This document shows positions 9,925-19,519 of a DNA stretch of 64,000 nucleotides, one piece after another. The DNA lies in contig JBIKWQ010000007.1 of NCBI GenBank assembly GCA_044356215.1, positions 77-64,076 of the forward strand. The letters are read 5' to 3'. Made by a program: the position numbers and the translations under genes. The number at the start of each line of letters is the position of its first letter. The stretch's first letter is position 1. Below the pieces are notes generated by a model. The model saw nothing but the letters and a program-made list of their open reading frames with translations. It was not told the DNA's origin and made no database searches. This DNA is from Bdellovibrionota bacterium. GTDB taxonomy: Bacteria > Bdellovibrionota_C > UBA2361 > OMII01.

Positions 9925-10590
9925 CTAAAAAGATTTAACACCATTAGCGTCGGCGATTAACACCTCAGAGATGTACCCGACAAAGAGTCCGCTCTCGACT
10001 ACTCCAGTTATCGATTTGATCTTATCCTCTAAATTAAGGTCTATATCGTTAAAACTCGCGTCTAATATGATATTTCCGCCCTCTGTTATGACGGGTCCGT
10101 GCTTCCCTGAGCCGCTGCGTATCGCAATCTCCTTCGCTCCCAGCTCCCTTAAGCCCTGCTGCGCTATCACCAACGCCTCGGGTATAACTTCTATAGGCAC
10201 CGGACAAGCAACCCCTAGTTTATCAACGAACTTACTCTGATCCGCTATCACGACAAACTTCTCGCAGCGCTTTGCCAAGATCTTCTCCTGCAACATCGCG
10301 GCGCCCTTCCCCTTTATCGCCCAGCGATCTTTGGTCACCTCATCGGCGCCATCAAAACCCCACGAAAGATACCCATTATAAGCAGTATAAAGAACAGTCA
10401 GACCAAGCTCCTGACACCGCCATGCACTCTGGAGCGATGTCGGCACAACCGAGACAGATAACCCCTCAAGCTTAACCCTCTTCCCGATCGCCTCAAGCGC
10501 CGCGTCTACAGTAGTCCCCGTACCTACACCGATGACATCACCAGACTTCACTCTCTTAGCGATTTCCTGCGCCAGCAACTCTTTCATCAT
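9925..10590 (-). CDS. rpiA: ribose-5-phosphate isomerase A
   Basis: RpiA family similarity, GVGTGTTV motif, 221 aa. Confidence 0.85.
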   Translation of the reverse strand: MMKELLAQEIAKRVKSGDVIGVGTGTTVDAALEAIGKRVKLEGLSVSVVPTSLQSAWRCQELGLTVLYTAYNGYLSWGFDGADEVTKDRWAIKGKGAAMLQEKILAKRCEKFVVIADQSKFVDKLGVACPVPIEVIPEALVIAQQGLRELGAKEIAIRSGSGKHGPVITEGGNIILDASFNDIDLNLEDKIKSITGVVESGLFVGYISEVLIADANGVKSF

Positions 10591-10650
10591 CTTTGGTTAA
10601 CTCCGATATCCAGGATTAATCTAACTTGTGTGGGTGATGGGGTAAATCTC

Positions 10651-11691
10651 TCACCTAGAAAAATATCCCCGAATCCTCCAAGCCCTTTTTCTTAATTTAT
10701 AAGCCTCCGCGAGAGCACCTAAAGATCCGTGCTCACTAATCACCACTCCGGCAATTACTATCATATTGCGGACAATGAGTCCCCAGAGAAACATTAACAA
10801 ACCGTCTCTCAATCTCCAGTTATTGATCTGCAGCAGAAAGCGATTACGCACACTGTAGTGATTCAAAGCCGCTGGCAAGCTCTTACGTCGCTCCGGAGTC
10901 ACAACGCGCACATGGTTCCCACGCGCTGAAGACTCATACCAACAGCTCCAACCGCGATGCTTAGCGCGCCACGAAAGATCGGCGTCCTCCCTATAAGCGA
11001 AAAAACCCTCATCAAAAAGCTGCGCGCGTTCATTCCACCCAGCACGGAGCTGCGGATACATCTCGTGAACGTCGTCATCGGAGATATCTTTAGGGATAGA
11101 TAGATCGAGCACACACTCACGCGATATCAATAAACACGCCCCTGTGCCACCAAACATTGGGCCACTAACCTCAAATTGACCACGATCCCAGTCACCAGCA
11201 CCACGATCAAAGTGCCGACACGCTCGCGTTAAAATCATCCCGGCGGCGTCGATTACATGCGGGTAAATCGGCTCTAACGAAGGCAGAGCGCGCAGCAGCT
11301 TAGGAGTTACAAGACCGACTTTTGAATGTCGACTAAAAGCATCAAACATCTTAATTAGACAGTTGGGCTCCAAACCAACGTCAGGATTAAGAATTAAGAT
11401 CGCCTGGCAATCACCACTTAAGAACCCACTTACCCCTTGGTTCTGCCCACCGCTAAATCCAAGATTCTCCCTGTTTTGAACTAGCGTAATGCCGGGCCTT
11501 AGAGCGGCAGTCACTCGCGATACCGTCTCATCCTTTGAAGCGTTATCTGTAACACGAATAAAGAGGCTCTCCCCGAGAACGAAACCCTCCTGAGCGGCAG
11601 CTTTTTCGATACAGGCTGAGATCGAATCTTCACTATTCCATGTAACTATATGAATAAACGCTTTGGCTCTCTTTTCCATGCGTCGTATCAC
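10651..11691 (-). CDS. glycosyltransferase family 2 protein
   Basis: GT2 motifs: IVTWNSED, DNASKDET, NLGFSGGQN, ILNPDV. Confidence 0.75.
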   Translation of the reverse strand: MIRRMEKRAKAFIHIVTWNSEDSISACIEKAAAQEGFVLGESLFIRVTDNASKDETVSRVTAALRPGITLVQNRENLGFSGGQNQGVSGFLSGDCQAILILNPDVGLEPNCLIKMFDAFSRHSKVGLVTPKLLRALPSLEPIYPHVIDAAGMILTRACRHFDRGAGDWDRGQFEVSGPMFGGTGACLLISRECVLDLSIPKDISDDDVHEMYPQLRAGWNERAQLFDEGFFAYREDADLSWRAKHRGWSCWYESSARGNHVRVVTPERRKSLPAALNHYSVRNRFLLQINNWRLRDGLLMFLWGLIVRNMIVIAGVVISEHGSLGALAEAYKLRKRAWRIRGYFSR

Positions 11692-12999
11692 TTAATCCCT
11701 CTCAGGAATAGCTACCCCGCTCTCTCGTAAGATCTCCTCAAAGATCTTCTCGATAGCATCAGGTGTGGGTCTCTCAACTCGTCTGCCGTTGATCCAGATA
11801 GACGGTGTTGATCTTAAACCAAGAGCATCGGCCTCTTTAATCTCACCTTTTATTTTATCTAGGTGGCGGTGTGAGCTGACACACTCTCTCAATCCCTCAA
11901 GATCCAATCCGATCGCGCTAGAGGCCCCCGATAAAAGCTGATCTCTACCGTCATTTACTACTGGCTTTATCTCTTCCCGTTTTGGATCCAACTCCAAGAC
12001 CGGATCTGTGAATGCGTAATCGACCGCCTCCCAAAATTTCCCCTGCTCCCCTGCGCACCGGATGAAATTAGCCGCGAAACAGGAGTTCTCGTGAAATTTC
12101 GATGTAATGCCGGCATTACACTCCGCGTCGAGAGGATAGTTTTTAAATACAAAACCGTACTGACCTTTAAACCGCTCTAAGATCGGAGTGAGCGCTGAAT
12201 AGAACATGCGGCACCCAGGGCACTCAAAATCCGCGAACTCCACAACCTGAACTGGGGCGGACGCGTCTCCCTTTAAATAATCACCAAATACCCCTTGATT
12301 CGCCGCTATTGGAATCTGAACAACATCCTGTTCAATCCACGCTTTCACCGGATCTGTCACAGCCAGAGGCACATTCTCACCGTCACCTCGATTAATCAAC
12401 GCGATCTCTCGGGCTATAATCGGCGATAACACGGAGAGCACGCCCCAAATCACTAAACTGATCGCTCCTGCTATAGCCTCTTTACGACCTTTAAATAAAC
12501 TAGTCACAAAAGAAGAGAGTTCATGGATTCCGCGTGCCAGATTATCAAAAAAACTCGTCCCCGATCCCGACCAACTAACCGCCAGCAGCGCGAAGGTAAC
12601 CAGGTAAAGCGCCATGCACATCAGACAGAGCGCCCCTATAATGAACTCCGAGATCGCAAACAACGCTATCGAAGCCAGCGAGCCAAGCGCTGCGCCTAGG
12701 AATACAACTCGATTAGCGCGTTCATCGGATAATCCACGATTTGGACCCGCGACAGCCAGAAGTCCAAGTATCGCGATGTAAAAGAATAATCCGTAGGAAG
12801 CGATCGGAAGGCCGAAGATTAACGACCAATCGCTGGCGTTCACGGCCTCGCAGTTTATGTGTTGTGAGAGATTGCAGAAGCTGGGCCCAGTAGCCAGACC
12901 CGCTCTGAAAATGACATGCTCATAAAGCGCCAAAGCTGATACCAGCGATCCTACAATCGCCAGTACAACTGTTAACAACTTTCTCTTGTCCTGCGACAT
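11692..12999 (-). CDS. vitamin K epoxide reductase (VKOR) domain fused to a DsbA-like thioredoxin domain
   Basis: Multi-TM N-terminal domain with a CxxC (CNLSQHINC). C-terminal thioredoxin-fold domain with CPGC. Confidence 0.75.
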   Translation of the reverse strand: MSQDKRKLLTVVLAIVGSLVSALALYEHVIFRAGLATGPSFCNLSQHINCEAVNASDWSLIFGLPIASYGLFFYIAILGLLAVAGPNRGLSDERANRVVFLGAALGSLASIALFAISEFIIGALCLMCMALYLVTFALLAVSWSGSGTSFFDNLARGIHELSSFVTSLFKGRKEAIAGAISLVIWGVLSVLSPIIAREIALINRGDGENVPLAVTDPVKAWIEQDVVQIPIAANQGVFGDYLKGDASAPVQVVEFADFECPGCRMFYSALTPILERFKGQYGFVFKNYPLDAECNAGITSKFHENSCFAANFIRCAGEQGKFWEAVDYAFTDPVLELDPKREEIKPVVNDGRDQLLSGASSAIGLDLEGLRECVSSHRHLDKIKGEIKEADALGLRSTPSIWINGRRVERPTPDAIEKIFEEILRESGVAIPERD

Positions 13000-13088
13000 A
13001 CTGATAAGACTAACGCCCTCACTCCTAGCGACCGGTAGTATGCGTCAGCGCAAGTCGAAAGAGACTCAAACGATTTAGGCTACGCTTC

Positions 13089-13415
13089 TTAAGCCCCTAC
13101 CGCCTCCCCATCACCGAACAACAACGGTGGCTTCCTCAAATGGAATCCAGATTGCGATAGCTTTACCCAGATCTCCTGAAGCATCTCTTTAATCTCTTTA
13201 TCTAGCAACTCATAGATCGAATCTAAGCTCATCACCTGCTGCATGGCAGACATGGCGAATATCGGAGCGGCCTCCTCTTTCAAAAGCCTATCACGCACAT
13301 CCGTCACGAAGCTTCGAAGCTCCTCCTTTGTGGATATCTGGTGAGCGGCTGCGGTCCCGATAGCACCAACGCCAGCACCCTCTTCTCCCTTTGCGTCTCT
13401 CTTCTTTTTAGTCAT
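13089..13415 (-). CDS. hypothetical protein (108 aa)
   Basis: ORF only. Confidence 0.35.
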   Translation of the reverse strand: MTKKKRDAKGEEGAGVGAIGTAAAHQISTKEELRSFVTDVRDRLLKEEAAPIFAMSAMQQVMSLDSIYELLDKEIKEMLQEIWVKLSQSGFHLRKPPLLFGDGEAVGA

Positions 13416-13456
13416 AATTTTAATCCTGTATCTTCTATTTAAATTCTTACGATCTC

Positions 13457-14206
13457 TTACCTATCAATAGGAATAATCTCAATAGCCTGATTGTACCTGA
13501 TTGGATCGTCTTTCGGATCGATTACCAAAGGAGCATCCATAATAACAGACCTAGTCTCTAGTCGTCGAGGCTCAACTCCTGCCCGGATCAGCTGATTAAC
13601 AAACTCCCTTGAGCGCCGATCTGTTAGATGTTGGACATAGCTTGTATCAGCGTTGCCGGTGCTCTTCGCATAGGCGGCTATAACCAAACGGGAGTATGGT
13701 AACCGGTATTCGTTTAATCGCGCGATCTCCTGGATCATACCAACACCCTGCGGGCACATCCTAGCGGAGTCTCCACTAAAAAACATGTCGGCGGGATAAA
13801 TATCCCTCGATGGATGTAGCTCCATCCGTCGCTGATAATTAGCCGACAGGACCGATTGAGCCTGCGCTCGTCTCTTAGCCTGACGTATTTCGGCCTCTGT
13901 TTTAAGCTCAGTTTCCTCAAATTGGTCCTTCACAACGCCGTGAATCATACCTGCGGCGGCTCCGAAACCAGCTCCAATTGCGGCCCCTGGGCCAGTTGCG
14001 ACTCCCATCTGAAAGCCCATTACAGCTCCTGCTCCGGCACCTTCCAGCGCCCCAAATGACGCTCCGCTGAAGGCTTTATCTGGCCCCGGAACGGGCTGCT
14101 TTGAGCACCCGGAGAGATTGCATACTAGTGCGACTCCGAGGAACATTAACCCAAAGATTCTGCCTGTCTGATGCGATGCTGCCGAAGATCGTAATTGCAT
14201 ACTCAT
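13457..14206 (-). CDS. lipoprotein with a glycine-zipper region and a C-terminal OmpA-like domain
   Basis: Lipobox-like LSGCS, a Gly/Ala zipper (GAGAGAVMGFQMGVATGPGAAIGAGFGAAAGM), and a C-terminal OmpA_C-like segment. Confidence 0.5.
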   Translation of the reverse strand: MSMQLRSSAASHQTGRIFGLMFLGVALVCNLSGCSKQPVPGPDKAFSGASFGALEGAGAGAVMGFQMGVATGPGAAIGAGFGAAAGMIHGVVKDQFEETELKTEAEIRQAKRRAQAQSVLSANYQRRMELHPSRDIYPADMFFSGDSARMCPQGVGMIQEIARLNEYRLPYSRLVIAAYAKSTGNADTSYVQHLTDRRSREFVNQLIRAGVEPRRLETRSVIMDAPLVIDPKDDPIRYNQAIEIIPIDR

Positions 14207-14372
14207 TTTTCTGGCCCCCTTACTTAGAGCTCTAGTTCTTCAGATGAGATGAAGCAAAGGGGGCAATTGGAGCGGTTATTTAAAAAGATGGGCAAAACGG
14301 CGGTTTGGGGGATCAAACGCATGGAGAGACAGAGAGAAAAAGAGAAGTGAGTATCGCTTCCCTTGGGCGGCC

Positions 14373-15836
14373 CTACTTCACCACCACCTCATCAAACCCA
14401 AGCCTCCTAAGCTCAAAAGCCCCCAGCCTGCTGCCCGGGTCTTTCATGGCTCGCTCAATCGATGAATAGGCCTGATCGTTGCCAACTACTACCGTTACTA
14501 ATTTACTCGGGTCCCAACGCTCAGAAGCGACCTTTGTTACATCCGCCGGTGTAACAGCCGCTATCTTAGAGAGATAGCTAGAGTCGTAATCAGCCGGGTA
14601 TCCAAGTAGCTCATGCTTTGCCAATCGCCCTGCTATCTCACCTTTAGATGAGAAATTAAACACAAATGAATTAGCGATCGCGTCCCGCTTCTCATTTAAC
14701 TCCGACGCTCCCGGAGCCTCAGTACGCAAACGATCCAAGACACCAATAGACTCGTTGATCGCCGAGCCCGCCGATTCGGCTTTAGTCTGAAGAAATATAA
14801 AATTAGGTCCCTTAACAACCCCTGGCGAGATCCCACCATAGACTCCATAAGAGAGACCCAACTCAGTTCGCACCTTCTGCATCAAACGCGAACCGAAACC
14901 TCCCGAGCCAAACACCTCGTTAAAGAGATCAATCGCTGGAGAATCAGGAGTCAATCGAGGAACTCCCAAGTGTCCGCTCTTTACAGAGGCCTGCGCGAAA
15001 GGAAGAGTTATAAAATAAATCCCCGGCTTTGGCTCATAATTAACTGGTGGCGGCGGTGGCAACCTCTTTCCACGAGGCTTCCAATTTAAGAAGTAGCGCT
15101 TTGCCAATTCCTCTACTTGAACTCGCTCTACACTACCCGTTACAACCAATATAGCTCCGTCTGGACGAACTAGCTCAGTATGCAAACTCTCTAAATCTCC
15201 TCGCGATAGCCTTGAGATATCACGTGAGCGAGATACTTTACCGTATGCCGAATCTCCATATAAAAGCTGCGTGAACGCGAGCGAAGCCACTGTCATCGGA
15301 TCTTCAACTCTACGGCGAATACCCTCTAGGGTCTGCCCCTTCCAAAGATTCAATTTATCCTGTTCAAATCGTGGGTGTAGCGCCACATCCGCGAATAACT
15401 TAAAGACTCGCTCCAGATCAGCGGTCAAACACGAGAAGGAAACAGAGCCAAACTCAGTCGAGAAAGAGCTAGATACACCGGCCGCTAATTTCTCCAATTC
15501 ACGATCAAGGGCGTCCGCAGAGAGATCGCCAGCTCCTCCTGTGCGCATTACATCACCCATCGCGGAGGTAGTCCCGATCGGATATTGATCAGCCCACAGG
15601 GAACCTCCACGAATTATAAGTTGTCCGTGAGTTACCGGAAGCTCGCTATCTTTTAAATAGATGACACTGAGGCCATTAGGCAACTCCCACCTGATGGGCT
15701 CCACCGGTTTAAAGTGGGCGATCTGGGCTGACGCGGCCGCGCTATCCGGTGAGAGCTTTGACTCTACAGGGGCGCAACCGACCACGACTCCCGATAACAA
15801 AAAGAGAGAGGCTAAAAGAATCGATCTAATCATCAT
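14373..15836 (-). CDS. M16-family zinc peptidase, probably the non-catalytic subunit (pitrilysin-like)
   Basis: M16 fold similarity, signal peptide, no HxxEH motif. Lies adjacent to its catalytic partner. Confidence 0.8.
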   Translation of the reverse strand: MMIRSILLASLFLLSGVVVGCAPVESKLSPDSAAASAQIAHFKPVEPIRWELPNGLSVIYLKDSELPVTHGQLIIRGGSLWADQYPIGTTSAMGDVMRTGGAGDLSADALDRELEKLAAGVSSSFSTEFGSVSFSCLTADLERVFKLFADVALHPRFEQDKLNLWKGQTLEGIRRRVEDPMTVASLAFTQLLYGDSAYGKVSRSRDISRLSRGDLESLHTELVRPDGAILVVTGSVERVQVEELAKRYFLNWKPRGKRLPPPPPVNYEPKPGIYFITLPFAQASVKSGHLGVPRLTPDSPAIDLFNEVFGSGGFGSRLMQKVRTELGLSYGVYGGISPGVVKGPNFIFLQTKAESAGSAINESIGVLDRLRTEAPGASELNEKRDAIANSFVFNFSSKGEIAGRLAKHELLGYPADYDSSYLSKIAAVTPADVTKVASERWDPSKLVTVVVGNDQAYSSIERAMKDPGSRLGAFELRRLGFDEVVVK

Positions 15837-15839
15837 GCC

Positions 15840-17402
15840 TTATTTACTCCGCTCTATCACACCGATCGTCCGCTGATTTGAAACCAAATACTGCTGCGCT
15901 ACTCGCTTGATGTCTTCTGTTGTGACCTTCAGCACCTGGTCGTACCAATCAACACCCGCCTTCCAGCTCCCGTAAGCTAACTCCGCTGTGGCGAAATCAA
16001 GCGCTAGAGATTGATTGGATTTAAGATGGCTCAAGTACTCCATCCCGATTGAGCGCTTAGCGATCTCCAACTGCTCCTCTGTAGCGCCAGAGCGTCTAAA
16101 GCGCTTAATCACACCATCAAAGGCATTTATAAATGTATCAGGGCTATGCGGAGCCTTTACAGATCCAGCGAACATTAAGAGATTCGGATAAAGAACTCCT
16201 GGGCCCTCCTCGTGCGCCACACTAGCGGCGATCTGTTTTCGCTTAACTAGCTCTGAATAAAGCGGGGATGTGCGGCCGCCCGCCAAGATCTCAGCCATGA
16301 CCGAGATCGGCGCGTCGTCTGGATCGGGATAAACGGGCTTACGATAGGCGACTAAGACCTCCGGTGACGCCGCCATCGCGATATCGCTCCTGCGTTGTCC
16401 CTCCTGTTTTCCTTCATCTAATATCTCACGCTTCACCGGCTTTGATTCCGGAATACTCCCGAAATACCGCTCAACTATCTTTATATCAACTTCTGGATCC
16501 ACTTGGCCTACAATCGCCAACACCATATTACTCGGCACATAGAAACGCTTTCTAAAAGCCTCTAGTTGGCTCGCTGTGATCGACCTTAAATCTCTCTCGT
16601 AACCGATAACTGGAGCGCGGTAAGGATGTCGTTGATACGCTGTGCCCAAAAGGAGTTCATAGATCTTTCCACCTGGATCGTCCTCATAACGCATCCTACG
16701 CTCCTCAAGAACGACATCGCGCTCCTGATAGAACTGGCGCATGATCGGCTCCACTAAACGATCCGATTCCATCTGGCACCAGAACTCAAAGGCGGTCCGC
16801 GGGAGGCTTACGTAATATTTGGTGAATTCTTTATCCGTCGTCGCGTTCTGTCCTACAGCTCCGTGCTTTTCATAGCGCGCTGTAAAATCATCTGAGATCC
16901 AGAGATCTCTAAGCCGCTTATGGATATCATCCCACTCCTTCTTCTGATCAGCCGATAGATCTTGCGCTGACTTTGACTCCGCGGCGATCTCCTCTAAACG
17001 ATCAAGCAATCGCTTCTCCGCGGCGTAATCCTTAGTGCCGATAGTTCGCGAGCCTTTAAAAGCCATGTGCTCAAAGAGATGCGAGATTCCGGTTTGACCG
17101 ATACTCTCATCACTGCCACCAACCTTAACGACTAAGGCACCTGAGAAAATAGGGGCGTCACCACGTTTATAAAATATAACCTTTAGCCCATTAGACAGCG
17201 TGTACGTTCGGACCTTTGACGCCATCTCTTGGAGCGCGCTACTTGAGCTGTCAGCTTTAGCTAAACCGCAGAGGCCACACTGAGCAATCAAGAAAGTAGC
17301 GATCGCGAAGATTACGATCCGTTTCGAATAGCGAGAAAACCGCTGCCGCATGCTTAAATCCCATTTGATAAAAAAGTAACTAATCAGCAAACCCTCATAC
17401 AC
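15840..17402 (-). CDS. M16-family zinc peptidase, catalytic subunit
   Basis: Inverted zincin motif HLFEHMAFKGS and a signal peptide. Confidence 0.85.
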   Translation of the reverse strand: MYEGLLISYFFIKWDLSMRQRFSRYSKRIVIFAIATFLIAQCGLCGLAKADSSSSALQEMASKVRTYTLSNGLKVIFYKRGDAPIFSGALVVKVGGSDESIGQTGISHLFEHMAFKGSRTIGTKDYAAEKRLLDRLEEIAAESKSAQDLSADQKKEWDDIHKRLRDLWISDDFTARYEKHGAVGQNATTDKEFTKYYVSLPRTAFEFWCQMESDRLVEPIMRQFYQERDVVLEERRMRYEDDPGGKIYELLLGTAYQRHPYRAPVIGYERDLRSITASQLEAFRKRFYVPSNMVLAIVGQVDPEVDIKIVERYFGSIPESKPVKREILDEGKQEGQRRSDIAMAASPEVLVAYRKPVYPDPDDAPISVMAEILAGGRTSPLYSELVKRKQIAASVAHEEGPGVLYPNLLMFAGSVKAPHSPDTFINAFDGVIKRFRRSGATEEQLEIAKRSIGMEYLSHLKSNQSLALDFATAELAYGSWKAGVDWYDQVLKVTTEDIKRVAQQYLVSNQRTIGVIERSK

Positions 17403-17433
17403 TACGTTACACCCAAATATGTGACAAGAGTTG

Positions 17434-17595
17434 CATGGTGTCGCAATGTTTTTGGTAAGCCAATGGGATAATTGGCAAAATATTTTTTACCACAGAGTAC
17501 GCAGAGGACACAGAGAAAGCTTCATAATTGTCAATAAAATGACTTATTCTCTGCGCTGCCTGCGTCCTCTGTGGTGAAAAGAACTGCGCCGCCCC
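17434..17595. repeat. MITE-like repeat, family A, copy A2 (162 bp)
   Basis: Same internal hairpin and TTTTGGTAAG...GAACTG architecture as A1. Flanked by a perfect 10-bp direct repeat ACAAGAGTTG at 17424-17433 and 17596-17605. Sits about 80 bp upstream of fabD. Confidence 0.8.
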
Positions 17596-17676
17596 ACAAG
17601 AGTTGAGGGTGGCTTGACATCTTATCGCTCAAAACAGATGATCCGTGGTGTTCAGAACTTAAGGAATAAATTTGCT

Positions 17677-18594
17677 ATGGCAACCATCTTCGCTCTCTTC
17701 CCTGGACAGGGTTCACAAAAGGTCGGCATGGGCAAGGATCTCTACGAGTCCTTTCCGCTTGCTAAGGAGTTATTTGAACGAGCTGATCAGGCTCTGGGTT
17801 TCTCACTCTCGCAGATCTGCTTCGATGGCCCGATCGACAAACTAACCCTCACTGAGATCGCCCAACCAGCGATCCTGACCGTCAGTACGATCTGTTATAG
17901 GCTATTCCAACAGACACCAGGATACGCTAACCACAGATTAGTCGCTGCCGCTGGGCACTCACTCGGTGAATACTCAGCTCTAGTAGCCGCTGAGGCGATC
18001 TCGTTTGAGGACGCAGTAAGGCTTGTAAATAAACGCGGCAAATACATGCAGGAAGCAGTTCCCGTTGGAACCGGAAGAATGGTGGCTGTTTTAGGAAAAG
18101 AGGTAGCTGAGATTGAGGCGGCTCTTCCAACAAGTGGCGCCGAGGTAGCTCAGATCGCTAACATCAACGCCCCGGGCCAGATCGTTGTAGCCGGGTCAGC
18201 CACAGGAATTCAGGAATTCGTTACTAAGCTCGGAGCGGCTAAAGTAATTGAACTTACAGTAAGCGCCCCGTTCCATTGCGACCTGATGAAGCCTGCCGAA
18301 GAGAAGCTTCGTGTTGATCTCGCCGCGACAGAAGTTAAGCAGCCTAAATTCCCGATCTTTCAGAACTTCACAGCGGAAGCGACAAACGATGCGGAGCAGA
18401 TCCGCGAGAACTTAGCGCTTCAAGTTTGTGGACGAGTTCGCTGGGTTGAGTGTGTGCAAAACGCGTTAGCAGCTCACCAACCTGAAGCGGTTTGGGAGTT
18501 TGGCGCGGGGAACGTTTTAACTGGATTAGTTAAGCGTATTAACCCAGCGGTAACTCGAGTTAACGTTGATTCGCCTCAGGCGTTGGTTGCTTAA
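17677..18594 (+). CDS. fabD: malonyl CoA-ACP transacylase
   Basis: FabD motifs FPGQGSQ and GHSLGEYSAL. Start trimmed to MATIFALFPGQG. Confidence 0.9.
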   Translation: MATIFALFPGQGSQKVGMGKDLYESFPLAKELFERADQALGFSLSQICFDGPIDKLTLTEIAQPAILTVSTICYRLFQQTPGYANHRLVAAAGHSLGEYSALVAAEAISFEDAVRLVNKRGKYMQEAVPVGTGRMVAVLGKEVAEIEAALPTSGAEVAQIANINAPGQIVVAGSATGIQEFVTKLGAAKVIELTVSAPFHCDLMKPAEEKLRVDLAATEVKQPKFPIFQNFTAEATNDAEQIRENLALQVCGRVRWVECVQNALAAHQPEAVWEFGAGNVLTGLVKRINPAVTRVNVDSPQALVA

Positions 18595-19519
18595 GCGTCT
18601 TACGTCGCACGTGGTAAGCGCAGTTCTTTGAGCATGTTCGCCTGTCCTCCTGCTCCGCGCAGCGGTGGCATACGGGGGCCTCCTTACCACACAGCGAACA
18701 AGAGAGATGATCCTTTGATGGATTACCGCAGTGTGGGCAGAGTTTATAGGTCGTAGTTGGCTTTAACTCCTGGTCAACAGCAACACGGTGATCGAATACA
18801 AAGCACTCACCCTTAAAGTATCCGTTTGGAAACTCCTCGATATATTTTAGTATTCCGCCCTGTAGCTGGTATACGTTGTCGTATCCCAACCTCTTTACCT
18901 CTGGCACAGCTTTCTCACACCGAATCCCGCCGGTGCAGTAAAGAAAGAGCTTCTTGTCTTTTGGAAGCCCTTTCTTCTCAACATAATCACCGAAATCACT
19001 AAACTTGCGGATGCGCGGATCAATAGCGCCTTCAAACACGCCGATATCTGTCTCGTAATCATTACGGGTATCGACTAAAACCACATCTGGATCGTTTGAC
19101 AGCGCCTCGTGCCACTCCTTGGGCGTTAGATAAGTTCCCATAGACTCAGTAGATGATATCGATTGGTCACCTATCGTGACGATCTCAGGTCGCAAGTCGA
19201 CCTTAAGCCTGGCAAACGGCGCCCTCTCGGCGATTGAGTGTTTAAAAGTAAAAGCGCCTCCTGGGAAGATCTCTGGCAGCAGCGCCTCAAAACTCTCTAT
19301 CGTCTCGGCGCTCCCAGCTACTGTTGCGTTAATCCCCTCGCTCCCTAAAACGATAAGCCCTTTAAGCCCACTTGAATCAGCGAAACTAATCAGCCTCTCA
19401 CGTATCGCCGACAAACTATCGGGCTTTACCTTTATAAAATGATAGAACGCTGAAACAACTACATCACTACTCGCGCTCATAACACTCACCTTGCACCGCG
19501 GATTAATAAGCCTTAGCAA
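18560..19519 (-). CDS. trhO: rhodanese-domain tRNA U34 hydroxylase TrhO/YceA family, with a C-terminal Cys-rich extension
   Basis: UPF0176 N-terminal domain, rhodanese active-site CTGGIRCEKA, and a C-terminal CxxC...CxxC segment. Confidence 0.75.
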   Translation of the reverse strand: MLRLINPRCKVSVMSASSDVVVSAFYHFIKVKPDSLSAIRERLISFADSSGLKGLIVLGSEGINATVAGSAETIESFEALLPEIFPGGAFTFKHSIAERAPFARLKVDLRPEIVTIGDQSISSTESMGTYLTPKEWHEALSNDPDVVLVDTRNDYETDIGVFEGAIDPRIRKFSDFGDYVEKKGLPKDKKLFLYCTGGIRCEKAVPEVKRLGYDNVYQLQGGILKYIEEFPNGYFKGECFVFDHRVAVDQELKPTTTYKLCPHCGNPSKDHLSCSLCGKEAPVCHRCAEQEDRRTCSKNCAYHVRRKTLKQPTPEANQR